This document shows, piece by piece, positions 11,686 through 26,796 of a stretch of 64,000 nucleotides of DNA. The notes below the pieces were generated by a model. That model worked only from the letters and a program-made list of their open reading frames with translations. It was not told the origin of the DNA and made no database searches. The first letter of the stretch is position 1. The number at the start of each line of letters is the position of its first letter. The DNA is from Dictyostelium discoideum. Its lineage: Eukaryota. Made by a program: the position numbers and the translations under genes. Where the stretch lies: positions 416,001-480,000 of the forward strand of contig CM000154.2 of NCBI GenBank assembly GCA_000004695.1, in the 5' to 3' direction.

Positions 11686-11786
11686 GAACTACCACTACAA
11701 CTACCACTACAACTACAACTTCATCGTCCAATAATTATAATAATAGTGATAGTGATAATGATGATGATGATATTAACAATAATTAA
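10996..11786 (+). CDS. Asn/Thr-rich hypothetical ORF with an apparent +2 frameshift; possibly a degenerate or transposon-derived gene
   Basis: Frame 1 (10996..11400): NYSTNTTINNSTEDLHNNDNTHNNESTYNEDA(N)n NDDDNQNNNCTMCLSDKMCFSCKIMKIRHEAAIKIFYNSLGLSPPPAANTGFANGGTGVADDHPDVENSSDIF*. Frame 0 (11400..11786): NESAGVDNQPSTANEYDDDDSFDGESYVSLSEYDSEDRRMFIAQDAEYYANAPFEDLRGETIHKCLFNLDSYFDYYY(N)n(T)n...*. Codons CCG CCC GCC GGC CTG GAC are frequent in 11270..11480, which is unusual for this genome. (CAA)n at 11087..11192. Confidence 0.35.
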
Positions 11787-12198
11787 TATTATCCATAGTT
11801 GGAATAATAGTTTTAATGTAATTGATACCAAGATTGGTGGAAAGACTAATTGCCGATGAACTTTTCCAATCATCCTTTTTACACATAAAGAAAACTACTG
11901 GTTAAAAATTAATTTTAAAAAAAAAAAAAAATAAAAAAAAAATAAATAAATAAAAAAAAAATTAACTATAGAATTTTTTAAACATTTTGTTTTTATGATT
12001 TATTTATATTTATTTATTTTCAAAGTAATAATAATAATAATAATAATATTAAATAAATAAATGACATCTAATAAAAATATATAGGTATATCGAATATAAC
12101 TTTTCAATTTGTCACATTAATTTTGATCGTTTTTTATTTTTTTTTTTCCCACTTTTTTATTTTTTTTTTTTTTTATTTTTTCATTTTTATTTTTTAAA

Positions 12199-12233
<35 letters not shown>

Positions 12234-12286
12234 ATAATAATAATAATAACATTTTTTTTTAATTTAAAATTGTTTATTTTATAATT

Positions 12287-12482
12287 TTATTTACAAAAAA
12301 TTCCAATTGATAAAGATACACATAAAATAAAACTTAATTTTGCAGTTTTTAAGTCCCAATGTTTATAATTTCCATTTTTTGTATCCTTAAAAATATTATA
12401 TAAAGAGGTAATTGTGATTATAGTTGGTAAATTTAAATAAATATTATTATAAATAATTGATAATATAAATAAATAAAAATAA

Positions 12483-12527
<45 letters not shown>

Positions 12528-13322
12528 GACAAGAAATTCCCAATTAGTTTTTTTTTTTTTATTTTTTTTTTTTTATAATTAAATATATACATACAAAAAA
12601 TAAATTGAAAAATAAATTGAATATGATAAATTTTCACCTATTATTATTGGAATTGTAATTATATTTGATATTTTATCATTTTTTAAATCTCTAATATTAT
12701 TGGAAAAGATAATGGTGCAACAAGAGATAGTTAAGATCATTGAATAATTAAAAATTTCATTAAAATAATCTTTAAATAATTGTATATTTTGAAAATAAAT
12801 TGGAAATGGAACAATTGAAAACAAATTGAAAGATGCACTAATTTCGCCCAATGCTCTATATTTAAATGATATTGGTGGAGCTGTATAGAAATGTGATATA
12901 AATGATATAGTAATTGTAATTGGTAAAACATGGTAAATGGTTTCATTGAATTGTAAATTACAATTAACTAATAAAGTAATCAATGAAATTAAAACACCCA
13001 AATAGGTAATTTTAATAAAAAATTCTATATCATTTAGTGTTATTTTAATTGAATTTTGAAATAATGTTCTATCAGCTGACGTTTCTTTTTTATCCAATCC
13101 ATTTATAAAATCATAATAGGTATTTACTAAATTTGAAATATTATTTAAAAAATATAATACTAAAAAACTTAAACAAAATCTAAAAATATTGAATCCATTA
13201 CCCAAATTTACTTCATTTTTTATGAAAAATGATAAACTTATTAAACTTCCTGATATAAGAAATGATGTTGACCAAATTCTTGTTGAATTAATATATTTAT
13301 AGATAAAATATGATAATTCCAT
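12287..13322 (-). CDS. UbiA-family prenyltransferase, UBIAD1/MenA-like. Exons 12595..13322 and 12287..12485
   Basis: ...[40 protein letters not shown]... matches the human UBIAD1 motif [25 protein letters not shown] (N-x3-D-x5-D prenyl-diphosphate site). It is a polytopic membrane protein. GTATGT donor; the 3' exon encodes ...LNLPTIITITSLYNIFKDTKNGNYKHWDLKTAKLSFILCVSLSIGIFCK*. Confidence 0.75.
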
Positions 13323-13536
13323 TTTAAAATAAAAAAAATAAATAAAAAAAAAAAAGAAAAAAAAAAAAGAAAAGATAATAAATAAATAAATAAAAAATAA
13401 ACTTTATAGTTTTTTTTTTTTTTTTTTTTTTTAAAAAAATAAAATATTTTTTTTTTTTTTTTAAAAAATTTCAATAATCCTTTAATTTAATTATGCCCAA
13501 TACAAAGGTTTTTGTTTAAAAACTGAAAAAAAAGGG

Positions 13537-13636
13537 NNNNNNNNNNNNNNNNNNNNNNNNNNNNNNNNNNNNNNNNNNNNNNNNNNNNNNNNNNNNNNNN
13601 NNNNNNNNNNNNNNNNNNNNNNNNNNNNNNNNNNNN
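13537..13636. other. assembly gap (100 N)
   Basis: A run of n characters. Confidence 0.99.
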
Positions 13637-13724
13637 AAAAAAAAAACAAAAAAAAAAAATTTAAAAAAAAAAAAAAAAATTGTCCATAAATCTAAAAATT
13701 TCCAGCGGTGTTATTTTTTATTTT

Positions 13725-13838
13725 TTTTTTTTTACTTACATTGAATACACCATTGTGCACTAACCATAACTAAAACTCTTGATGTATTTCTAATTTTTGT
13801 ATAGGTTTCTTCTGATGATTGTGGTTCGTAGATTGTCA
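13725..13838 (-). CDS. possible first exon of a thioredoxin-fold protein; the rest is lost in the assembly gap
   Basis: Minus strand ATG...MTIYEPQSSEETYTKIRNTSRVLVMVSAQWCIQCK followed by GTAAGT. The pattern resembles thioredoxin (...KPVVVDFWAEWCGPCK) but with C-I-Q-C. The next acceptor, TTTTAG at about 13700, leads into the N-gap. Confidence 0.3.
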
Positions 13839-14173
13839 TTTTTTAATAAAGGTATATATATGCAGTTATTTATATAGTTATAAATATATTTTTTTTTTTT
13901 TATAATAGTGGTATAATTTTAAAATTGTGTTTTTTTTTTTTTTTTTTTTTTTTTTTAGGTTTAATAATAAACTTAAATTTAATGTGCGTTGTGTGTGTTT
14001 TTTTTTTTTTTTTTTTTTATTTTTATTTTATTTTTTTTTTTTTTAATTTTGATATAAAATTAGATTTATTATTTTTTTTTTATTTTTTATTTTTAATTTT
14101 TATTTTATCTATTTATAAAATTGTATAAATTTGACTAAAAAAAAAAAATAAAATAAAAAAAAAATTGATTTAT

Positions 14174-14206
<33 letters not shown>

Positions 14207-14308
14207 ATAATAAAAAAATAATAAAAAAAAAAATTTAAAAAAATTTAATTTAAAAAAAAAAAAAATTGGGTTCTAAATTTGGTATTTTTACCGTACCCCA
14301 CCAATTTT

Positions 14309-14348
<40 letters not shown>

Positions 14349-14826
14349 CCCAGAACACCCCCCCCATCAAATTTTACACCTAAAAATAGATGAGTGTGTG
14401 AGTGTGTGTATGTTTGGGTTTATATGTACATATATATTTTTAACCAAAAGAAAAAAAATAATTCATTGAACACACCCAAATAAGATGATTATAATCAAAA
14501 AGTTAATTTTTTTTGCCAATAACATATAAACTTGGGGGTTGGGATTATATATATTGAATCAAATAACATTTATTTTTTTTTATTTTTTTTTTTTTCCAAC
14601 TCAAAACTAAATAATTAAATTCAAATAAAAAAAAATAAAAAAAAAAAAATAATATGATATATATGTCAAAAATTAATGTCAGATATACAAAAAAAATATA
14701 TATATTAATAAAAAATAAAAATAAAAATAAAAAAAAAATTAAAAAAAAAAATAAAGAAAAAAATTAATTTTTTGATATTTTACAATTATCAATTGTTTAT
14801 TTTTATTTTTTTCCTTTTAAAGGTTT

Positions 14827-14866
<40 letters not shown>

Positions 14867-16032
14867 CCCACACACCAATTCAAATAATTTTCCGTTAAAA
14901 GATATATTTAATAACCCTTCAATCACACTTCTTTTTTTTTTTAGCATTTTAAATTTAAAAAAAAAAAATCCTTCATTCATGAATAAAATGTAAATATGAT
15001 CGATTTCCAAAACATCTTCAAAAAATAAAAATAAAAATTATAAAAAAGAATAAAAATTATTAATTAAATAAAAATTAAAAAGAAGAAAAAAAAAAAGAAA
15101 TTAAAATAAAATAAAATTAAAAAAAATTAAAAAAAAAAAACAAATAAATAAAAATTTTTTATCATTTATTTTTATTTCTTTGAAATTTATTTTTATTTAA
15201 TAATTAATAAAAAAAAAAATTAAAAAAAAAATAAATAAATAAATAAAAATAAAAAAAAAAAAAAAAAAAAGTGTTTATAGTATTTCTTTTCTTTCTTTTT
15301 TTTTATTAAATTATGAATTGATTACAAATAAATTTTTATTAAATAATTTAAAGCATCATATTAATTGCTCTTTGTGGTTTTTGTCCAAAGTTTTTTTTTT
15401 TTAACACATCAAAAATAAAAAAAAATATTCATTGAATAGCCAATAAAAGGATATAAAATGTTAATTTTCAAAATATTTGGTTGATTATATAAACAAAAAA
15501 AAAAATGTATTCATACTGGTACTTTTTTCTATTTTTTTCACCTTTTTGAGCATGGCAATTTACAAAATCTAATATTAGAACGGTAATTGTTTTTTTAAAA
15601 AAAAAAAAAATAAAAAAAAAAGTTTTATTTGAAATGGGGTTATTTTTGTGATCAAAAAGGTATTCTCAAAATTTTGATTTTATTTTATTTTATTTTATTA
15701 TTTATTTTTTTTAAATTTTTTTTTTTTTTTTTTAAAATTTTATTATTTAGAATTAAAATGTTGTTTTTTCCAGAGCAATATTTTTTTTATTTTTTAATTT
15801 GAATTATCAAAATTTAATAAAGAATTTTAATTTTAAATAGTGCAGTTATTGTTATTTTTTTTTGTTTTAAAAAAATAAAATTAATAAATCTAATAATAAA
15901 ATTGTATAAATTAAATGGTTGAAGGAGGTTATCTTTAGAAGAACTGATTCTGAAGTACAATTCTAGTGTTTCTTACAATTAAAGAAGAGATAACCTCAGG
16001 ATCATTAAAATTCTAGTTTATAAATCCTTTTA

Positions 16033-16050
16033 GGACAGGAGTCGAACCTG
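16033..16050 (-). promoter_or_regulatory. external B box (ex-B) about 30 bp downstream of the tRNA gene
   Basis: Reverse complement CAGGTTCGACTCCTGTCC is a second isolated T-arm/B-box consensus with no accompanying tRNA body. This is characteristic of Dictyostelium tRNA genes. Confidence 0.7.
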
Positions 16051-16077
16051 TAGTCTTTGGTGGCTCAAATAAATTAT

Positions 16078-16159
16078 TGTAAGCTAAGGGATTCGAACCC
16101 TTGTATCAATGATATTGCAGCCTTAATGCAACCCCTTAGACCAGCTCGGGCAAGCTTAC
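16078..16159 (-). tRNA. tRNA-Leu (anticodon AAG), class II with long variable arm
   Basis: Reverse complement GTAAGCTTGCCCGAGCTGGTCTAAGGGGTTGCATTAAGGCTGCAATATCATTGATACAAGGGTTCGAATCCCTTAGCTTACA. It has a 7-bp acceptor stem, a D arm, an anticodon stem TTGCA/TGCAA with loop TTAAGGC, a 13-nt variable stem-loop and T-loop GGTTCGAATCC. Confidence 0.85.
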
Positions 16160-16185
16160 TTTTTGAAAATTTTGTAATCTCTAAC

Positions 16186-16358
16186 GATATTAATTTATCA
16201 ATTACGGAAAAAAAACAAACAACAACAACAATCTCTTTTTTTGATTATTTCATTTTTCATATAAAAAAGACTTAAAAAACAAATAAATAAATAAATAAAC
16301 TATTTTAAAAAGCCATCTTTTTACTTTATTGTAATTTATTATTTGAAATAGAAAAAAT

Positions 16359-16409
<51 letters not shown>

Positions 16410-16701
16410 GGAACCCAAGTTAATCAGAAAATTTCCAGATTTTTAACTTTTTAAAGAAAAATAAAAAAAATAGAAAGAAAATAAAATGAAAATCACAAAC
16501 AACACCACAAATATTAAGCAACACAAATGCCTACAAAAAATAAGCGAAATTGTGGATAAAACTCAATTAAAAAAAAAACAATTCAAATACGTCATAAACA
16601 TCAATCACGAACCAGACGATAAAATAAAAAAAGATTTAGAAAAAAGTTTGGACAAAAAAGATGTTTTAATCAAAAGTAATAATACAATTCAAAATTCGAA
16701 A

Positions 16702-16743
<42 letters not shown>

Positions 16744-17135
16744 TAAACCAACCCCTCTTTTAGAGACCCTGTAAAAAAAAATAAAATAAAATAAAATGAG
16801 ATCTAGCATCTCAAGGAGAAGCAAATAATAATTGCGTTATCCAATTCAAAAAAAAAATAATTTATCAATTACTATGACCCTGTAAAAAAAAAATTATTAT
16901 TATTTATCCCTGTAAAAAAAAAAAAAATAAAATGAGATCTAGCATCTCAAGGAGAAGCAAATAATAATTGCGTTATCCAATTCAAAAAAAAAAAATTTAT
17001 CAATTACTAAAAAAACAACAACAACAATCTCTTTTTTTGATTATTTCATTTTTCATAAAAAAGACTTAAAAAACAAATAAATAAACTATTTTAAAAAGCC
17101 ATCTTTTTACTTATTGTAATCTATTATTTGTTTCG
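16186..17135. repeat. composite repeat upstream of the tRNA: about 140-bp direct repeats (16196..16345 and 16999..17135, about 90% identical) flanking a tandem duplicated 68-bp unit (16793..16860 and 16930..16995); the motif AATTTATCAATTAC recurs at each junction
   Basis: Direct sequence comparison: ...CAACAACAACAATCTCTTTTTTTGATTATTTCATTTTTCAT(A)AAAAAGACTTAAAAAACAAATAAATAAACTATTTTAAAAAGCCATCTTTTTACTT... occurs twice. AAATGAGATCTAGCATCTCAAGGAGAAGCAAATAATAATTGCGTTATCCAATTC occurs twice. Confidence 0.7.
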
Positions 17136-17922
17136 TTTTGAAAATTTTGCCTCGCACAATCTGTCATCTTAAATTTTAATCTAATGCAATTTATATTTAT
17201 ATTTTAATTTATCTTTTATATTTACATTTCAATTTTAATCTTTTTATTTAAATACACTTTTTTTTAATAAAAATTTTTTATTTGGAAATGTCAATTTAAA
17301 TAAACAAAAAAAAATTAATTTTCCAATTTTTAATTTCCAAAAATACAAATAACAAAATGTTAAATATAGTACAACTTTCAATCAATTAAAGGTTTATCCA
17401 TTTATATTTATTAATAAAAAAAAAAAAAAATTTTGTAATTTTAAAATAGTTTCATTTTCATGGACTTTTTTTTTTTTTTTATGTTCACAGACTATTAATT
17501 AAAATAAAAAAGTAAATTTATTCTTTTTTATTTTTTTTAAATTTATTTAATTTTTATTTTTATTTTATTTTTATTTGAATTGTTGAGTAACCAGGGTTAC
17601 CCCTTATTTGAAAAAAAAAAAATAAAATAAAAAAAATGAATTTTTTTATTTATTTAATTTATTTTTTTTCTTATTAAATTATCATTTTTCTCCCAATTTA
17701 GTAAAAAAAAAAAAAATTAAATAAAAAAAAAAAAATTAAATAAAAAAAAAAAAAATTAAATAAAAAAAAAAAAAAAAAAAATAAATAAAAAAAAAATCAA
17801 ATTAAAATTTTTTTATCTCCATTAATTTTATTCATTATTAATATTTTTCTTATCTTTTATTAAAAAACAAATAGAAAAAAAAAAAAAAAAAAAAAAAGTT
17901 TTTAAAGAAAAAAAATAAAAAA

Positions 17923-18128
17923 ATGAAATTATTATTTTCAATTTTTATTATTTTTATTACTTTCAATGTAATAAAATCATTTGATATTGATTCAATTGAT
18001 CCATTACATTGGGAGTCTGATGAAGGATTTGATCATCATAAATGTTGGGGAAAAAATAAAAATTTTGGTTATTATACAGGTAAGTAAATATAAAAAAATA
18101 TATATATTTTATTTTTAAAATTTTACTA

Positions 18129-18161
<33 letters not shown>

Positions 18162-18939
18162 CTTTTATAAATTTAAAAATAGAATTTGCCTTATCTGCTT
18201 ATAATACATACTTTCCAACACCAAATGGTATCGAACCAGTTTCATTCTTTGAAGGAGGTGTAATTAGTGCAGATTTCAAATCTCAACAAATGTATGTCCA
18301 TTTTGGATTAGTTGCTGGTAATTCGACTGTTTGGGGTAAATATTGGGGATTTGGTTCAAATAGTACTGAATATGTTTTAATAAATGGTACATGCACTTCA
18401 AACAAATTATCATATCCATTCCCACCTTCTGTTCCAAAATTCAAGAAAGTTGGTGAAACTAAAATTGGTCAAATAGGTAAATTTTAATTATATAATTATT
18501 TTTATTATTTATTAATAGTTTATTATTATTATTATTATTTACTAATATTTTATTATTGTTTATTAATATTTTATTTTTAAAACTAGATGTTGATGTAGTT
18601 ATTATGAAACACCAAGAAAAGTATAATAACTATACCAGACAATGCACATTAATTCAAAAAGGTACTTGCACACCAATGTCAAATAATGTTGGTAATATTG
18701 ATAAATCAAACAAGGGTTTCACTTTAATGAATTTCTACAAATATGAAGGAAAAGCTCGTAAAGATAAATTCCAATTACCATCAGAATGTTATGGTGTTCA
18801 ACCAAGTGACTCAACTTCATCCTTTAGAATCAATACAAATAATGTTGCTCAAAATGTTCTTGGTCATAATGAAGATGAACCAAATAAAAAACAACAAAAA
18901 ACATTACCAAAATCAATTCCTTTCCATAATTTATTTTAG
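17923..18939 (+). CDS. hypothetical secreted protein with signal peptide. Exons 17923..18079, 18183..18476, 18587..18939
   Basis: MKLLFSIFIIFITFNVIKSF... then EFALSAYNTYFPTPNGIEPVSFFEGGVISADFKSQQMYVHFGLVAGNSTVWGKYWGFGSNSTEYVLINGTCTSNK... then DVDVVIMKHQEKYNNYTRQCTLIQKGTCTPMSNNVGN...*. GTAAGT/GTAAAT donors and AG acceptors, phase 1 introns. No family recognised. Confidence 0.6.
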
Positions 18940-19046
18940 TAGAAAATGAATAAATTAAAATTTTAATAAAAACCTATTTTTACATTGTGATTCACCAATT
19001 CTAATTGTTAATAATGATGTTGTATTTCTTAAATAACCAATTATAT

Positions 19047-19350
19047 TTATTGTAACACCTTTTGAATTGATTCAATTAATAATTTGTGTTCTTCATATGT
19101 TAATCCTTTTGTTTGAGTATTACATTTACAATTACCACTATCATTTGTGTTTACATACAATAAATCTAATTCCACAACCAATATGTTGAATATCAGATAT
19201 ACAAATTACAGTATTACCATTACAAGTGCCATTTGGTGTGGAACAATCGAGTATAATTTATATTTGAATGCAAAGTACTTCTGAAAATGAAAGTAAACCT
19301 GATGATATTATAATATCTTTTATACCTTCATTTGCTCTCTTTTTGTGCAT
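19047..19350 (-). pseudogene. degenerate small Cys-rich secreted-protein gene (one in-frame stop plus one frameshift)
   Basis: Minus strand MHKKRANEGIKDIIISSGLLSFSEVLCIQI*IILDCSTPNGTCNGNTVICISDIQHIGCGIRFIVCKHK then a +1 shift SGNCKCNTQTKGLTYEEHKLLIESIQKVLQ*. No pair of sensible introns restores the frame. Confidence 0.35.
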
Positions 19351-19777
19351 TGTAAAACTTTGAAAAATCAACAGTAAATATGAAAAAAAAAAATTTAAAA
19401 ATAAAAAAAAAAAAAATAAAAAAAAAAAAATCGAACTTTTTTGGAATAAAAAAATTGTTATAACTTTATATTATCTCTATTTTCAAATATAATTTAAAAA
19501 ATTTAAAAAATCTGGAAACTATGTATTTAATAGAGGATCTTTTTTTTTTTTTAAAAAATTTATTTATTTATTCATTTATTTATTTTATTATTTATGGTTC
19601 AAAAAAAAAATTTCTATGGAATTTTCGTGTCATAAAAAAAATTGATCGTTTTGATTTTTTTTTTTTTGATTTTTTTTTTTTATCATTTTTTCTTTTTCAT
19701 CTTTTGGCCATGGCTTGTCATAAATATTTATATTTTTTATTATCGTTGACCAAGTTTAACTCAATTTTTTTTAGAAG

Positions 19778-19808
<31 letters not shown>

Positions 19809-20040
19809 AGTAAATAGTTTATTTCATTTTCAATCCGATTACAATACTATTTTTTTTTTTTTTTTTTTTTTTTTTTAGATCTTCACCTTTGAAAGTTTGT
19901 TCAAAAAAATATATTTTTTTTTTACTATATGATTTGTCAGTGACCGAGGTAAATGTTAAAAAAAAAATTGGTTAAAAAAAAAAAATTGAAAAAAAAAGTG
20001 AAAAAAAAATATCTAAAAATTTGCGCGAAAAAATTAAATA

Positions 20041-20130
20041 TGCTTTAAAGTAGCTTATTAAGTGTATTTATAAGTGTATTTAATAATTACATTTTTAATG
20101 TACTTTAAAGTAGCTTATTAAGTGTATTTT
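20041..20130. promoter_or_regulatory. 28-bp direct repeat CTTTAAAGTAGCTTATTAAGTGTATTT x2, about 150 bp upstream of the 20285 gene
   Basis: Identical copies at 20043..20069 and 20103..20129. Confidence 0.4.
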
Positions 20131-20284
20131 AAAGTATTTTCGGTTTTTTTTTTTTTTTACTTTTTTTTTTTTTTTTCAATTTTTTTTTCTTTTTTTTTTT
20201 TTTCTAGTTTTTTTTTGGTATAAAATGCACTAATTTTTTTTTTTTTTGTTATTTTTGTTTCTTTTTAGCCCAAAATGAAATAAA

Positions 20285-24337
<4,053 letters not shown>

Positions 24338-24985
24338 ATTTCGAACAAAATAAAATTTTCTCGACACTAAACGACCAAAATGACTTTATCCAAAAAAAAA
24401 AATAAAAATAAAAATAAAAATAAAAATAAATAAATAAAATAAAACAAATAAAAAAAAAAAATAGATTGAGGATTACAATTATATTATTTATTTATTTTGT
24501 TTAAATCTTTTAATTTTTAATTATTAAAAAAGGTAAGATATTTTTTTTTTTTTTTTTTTTAATGTTTGGATTGGAAATTAATTGGGTAAAGGAATTTAAA
24601 GAGACTTCTATTGAATATAATGAACAGTGTTCGTTTATTCTTAATTTTTTTTATAATATGTTTTTTTTTTTTTCTACCCATTTGAAGATACCATATTTCC
24701 ATTGCAAAAAATGACTAAATAAAAAAAAATTAAATAATACCCCTTTTTTATTTATTAATTATTAATTTTATAAAATACTTTTTTTTTTTTTTTTTTGGGG
24801 TAAAAGGGGGGAGGGGTATTGTATTTAATTGTGTGCTTATGGAATAAATAACCATTGTTTATTTTCAAGGGTGTTTATAATAACTATAAAAAATAAAACA
24901 AAAATAATTACAGAGATATTGTTTATTTGTTTTAACCAAAAATAAAAAAAAAAAAAAAAATAAAAAATAAAAAATAAAAAATTGT

Positions 24986-25028
<43 letters not shown>

Positions 25029-25078
25029 AAAAATTAGTTTCAATACGACTTGAACATCTGATAAAAATAATAATAATA

Positions 25079-25904
25079 ATGTTCAACAATACAAATAATA
25101 ATAATAATAATAATAATAATGCAACAGCAATACATTTAAATTGTTATAGTAATAGTATAATACAAAAAGATATACAACAAAGGGAGATAGTGATAGTGGA
25201 TACATTATTTTCATTATGTGGTGGATATATGGTAGCATCGAATAATATAGGATGTATAAATGTGTGGAAATTGGAGGAATCATTACACCCAAATTCAAAA
25301 CATCAACAACAACTACAACTACAACAGCAACAACAACAACAACAACAACAGCAATATCAATTGCGTCAACAGGCACATTTAGAAAATACACATAAAACAG
25401 TGGGAACTTCATTTTCAGAATTTTATAAACCACATTGTACATTTCGTGCACATGCTCCTTATACACCAATAAATAAAATTCATTTTTTTAATGACCAAAT
25501 ATTAGCTTCAGCTGGTGAAAACGATATAAAACTTTGGTCTTGGGAAAAAATTAAAACTATAATTGATTTGAATTTAGAGAAAATACAAAATCAACATTAT
25601 AATGATGATATAATAAAATTAGATTGGAAATCAATTTATTTAACATGCATAGAATCACCAAGAATCGAAGGTCATGGTGGCCAATTATCAGAGAAATCTG
25701 AAATTAATGGTATTGATAGTCACGGTGCTATATTATATTTCGCAAGTGGTAATAATAATGCCTACAGCTATGATTTAACAACTAGTCAAATCATTTCATG
25801 CTATAGAGGTCATACAGATTATTTACATACCATTAAATATAATTCTTCATTTTCAAATATAATAACATCTTCTGAGGATTCAACTGTTAGATTATGGGGT
25901 AAGT

Positions 25905-25978
<74 letters not shown>

Positions 25979-26587
25979 TTTTTTTTTTTTTAATATTAAT
26001 ATAATTTTAATTAAATTTAGATTCTAAAAGTGGTCAATGTGTTTCAATATTAAATCCATTTTATAAGATATCATTTGAAGCACCAAATAATAATGAAAAA
26101 CAATCACAAGACAGTGGTAGTACAATATATAATAACAGTAATAATAATAATAATAATAATAATAAAAATAGTAGTAGAAGAGGTAGTGGTGGTTATACAT
26201 CAATTTATTCAAATATAACACCATCATTAACAAATAAAACCAATAAATTTGAAAGTAATTTTAATCAATGGTGTGGTCCTTTAGATTTGGATGAAACTGG
26301 TAATTGGTTAGCTGTTGGTGGTAGTACTCTAAGTTTATGGTATTTAGGTAAATTAAATACAATGGTATCACAATTACCAGTGGATGAATCAACTTATTCA
26401 ATAGTTTTTGATAAAGAGAAAATAATAACATGTGGTTCTGCTGGTTATATAAATTATTTCGCTCTAGATGGTAGACCTTTAATGAGAGTACCCTCTTCTT
26501 CAAAAATTTTATATTCTTTATCTTTTAATCATCATAAAAGAAATCAAGTAAGTTATTATAATTTTATTTTAATTTTAGTACAATATC

Positions 26588-26657
<70 letters not shown>

Positions 26658-26796
26658 AAAACCTATATTCTAATAATTATTTTATTTTTTTATTTTTTTT
26701 TAGGTTTTGGTTGCAGGTGGTACATCTCCATTCATAAATACATTTATTAATCAAGAGAATATAGCATTTTCATATTATTTTATAAATGATGATTGA
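25079..26796 (+). CDS. thoc6: THO complex subunit 6 (THOC6)-like WD40 protein. Exons 25079..~25897, 26021..26547, 26704..26796
   Basis: HCTFRAHAPYTPINKIHFFNDQILASAGENDIKLWSW and YRGHTDYLHTIKYNSSFSNIITSSEDSTVRLWG match THOC6 (VVTFQAHDGPVYSM...LLSAGDGEVKAW; LRGHTDYIHCLAL...GGEDGAVRLWD). C-terminus VAGGTSPFINTFINQENIAFS matches [21 protein letters not shown]. Both introns are full of (AAT)n or poly-A. Coordinates near 25860..25920 are +/-1. Confidence 0.75.

Noticed and set aside
16033-16066. Possible second tRNA next to tRNA-Leu
   Set aside because: Only a T-arm/B-box with a short flanking stem is present. There is no D-arm or anticodon arm, so it fits the known dictyostelid external B box.
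16486-16746. Lys/Asn-rich ORF between the tRNA-associated repeats
   Set aside because: Composition-driven, ends in a poly-A run, no homology. May be transcribed as part of the repeat but not called as a gene.
25855-25925. Apparent one-base disagreement between my hand reading of the sequence and the ORF-track frame at the end of THOC6 exon 1
   Set aside because: Most likely my transcription or tokenisation error in an AT/AAT-rich line. Downstream frames (stop 25991, exon 2) agree with the track, so I only widened the coordinate tolerance to +/-1.
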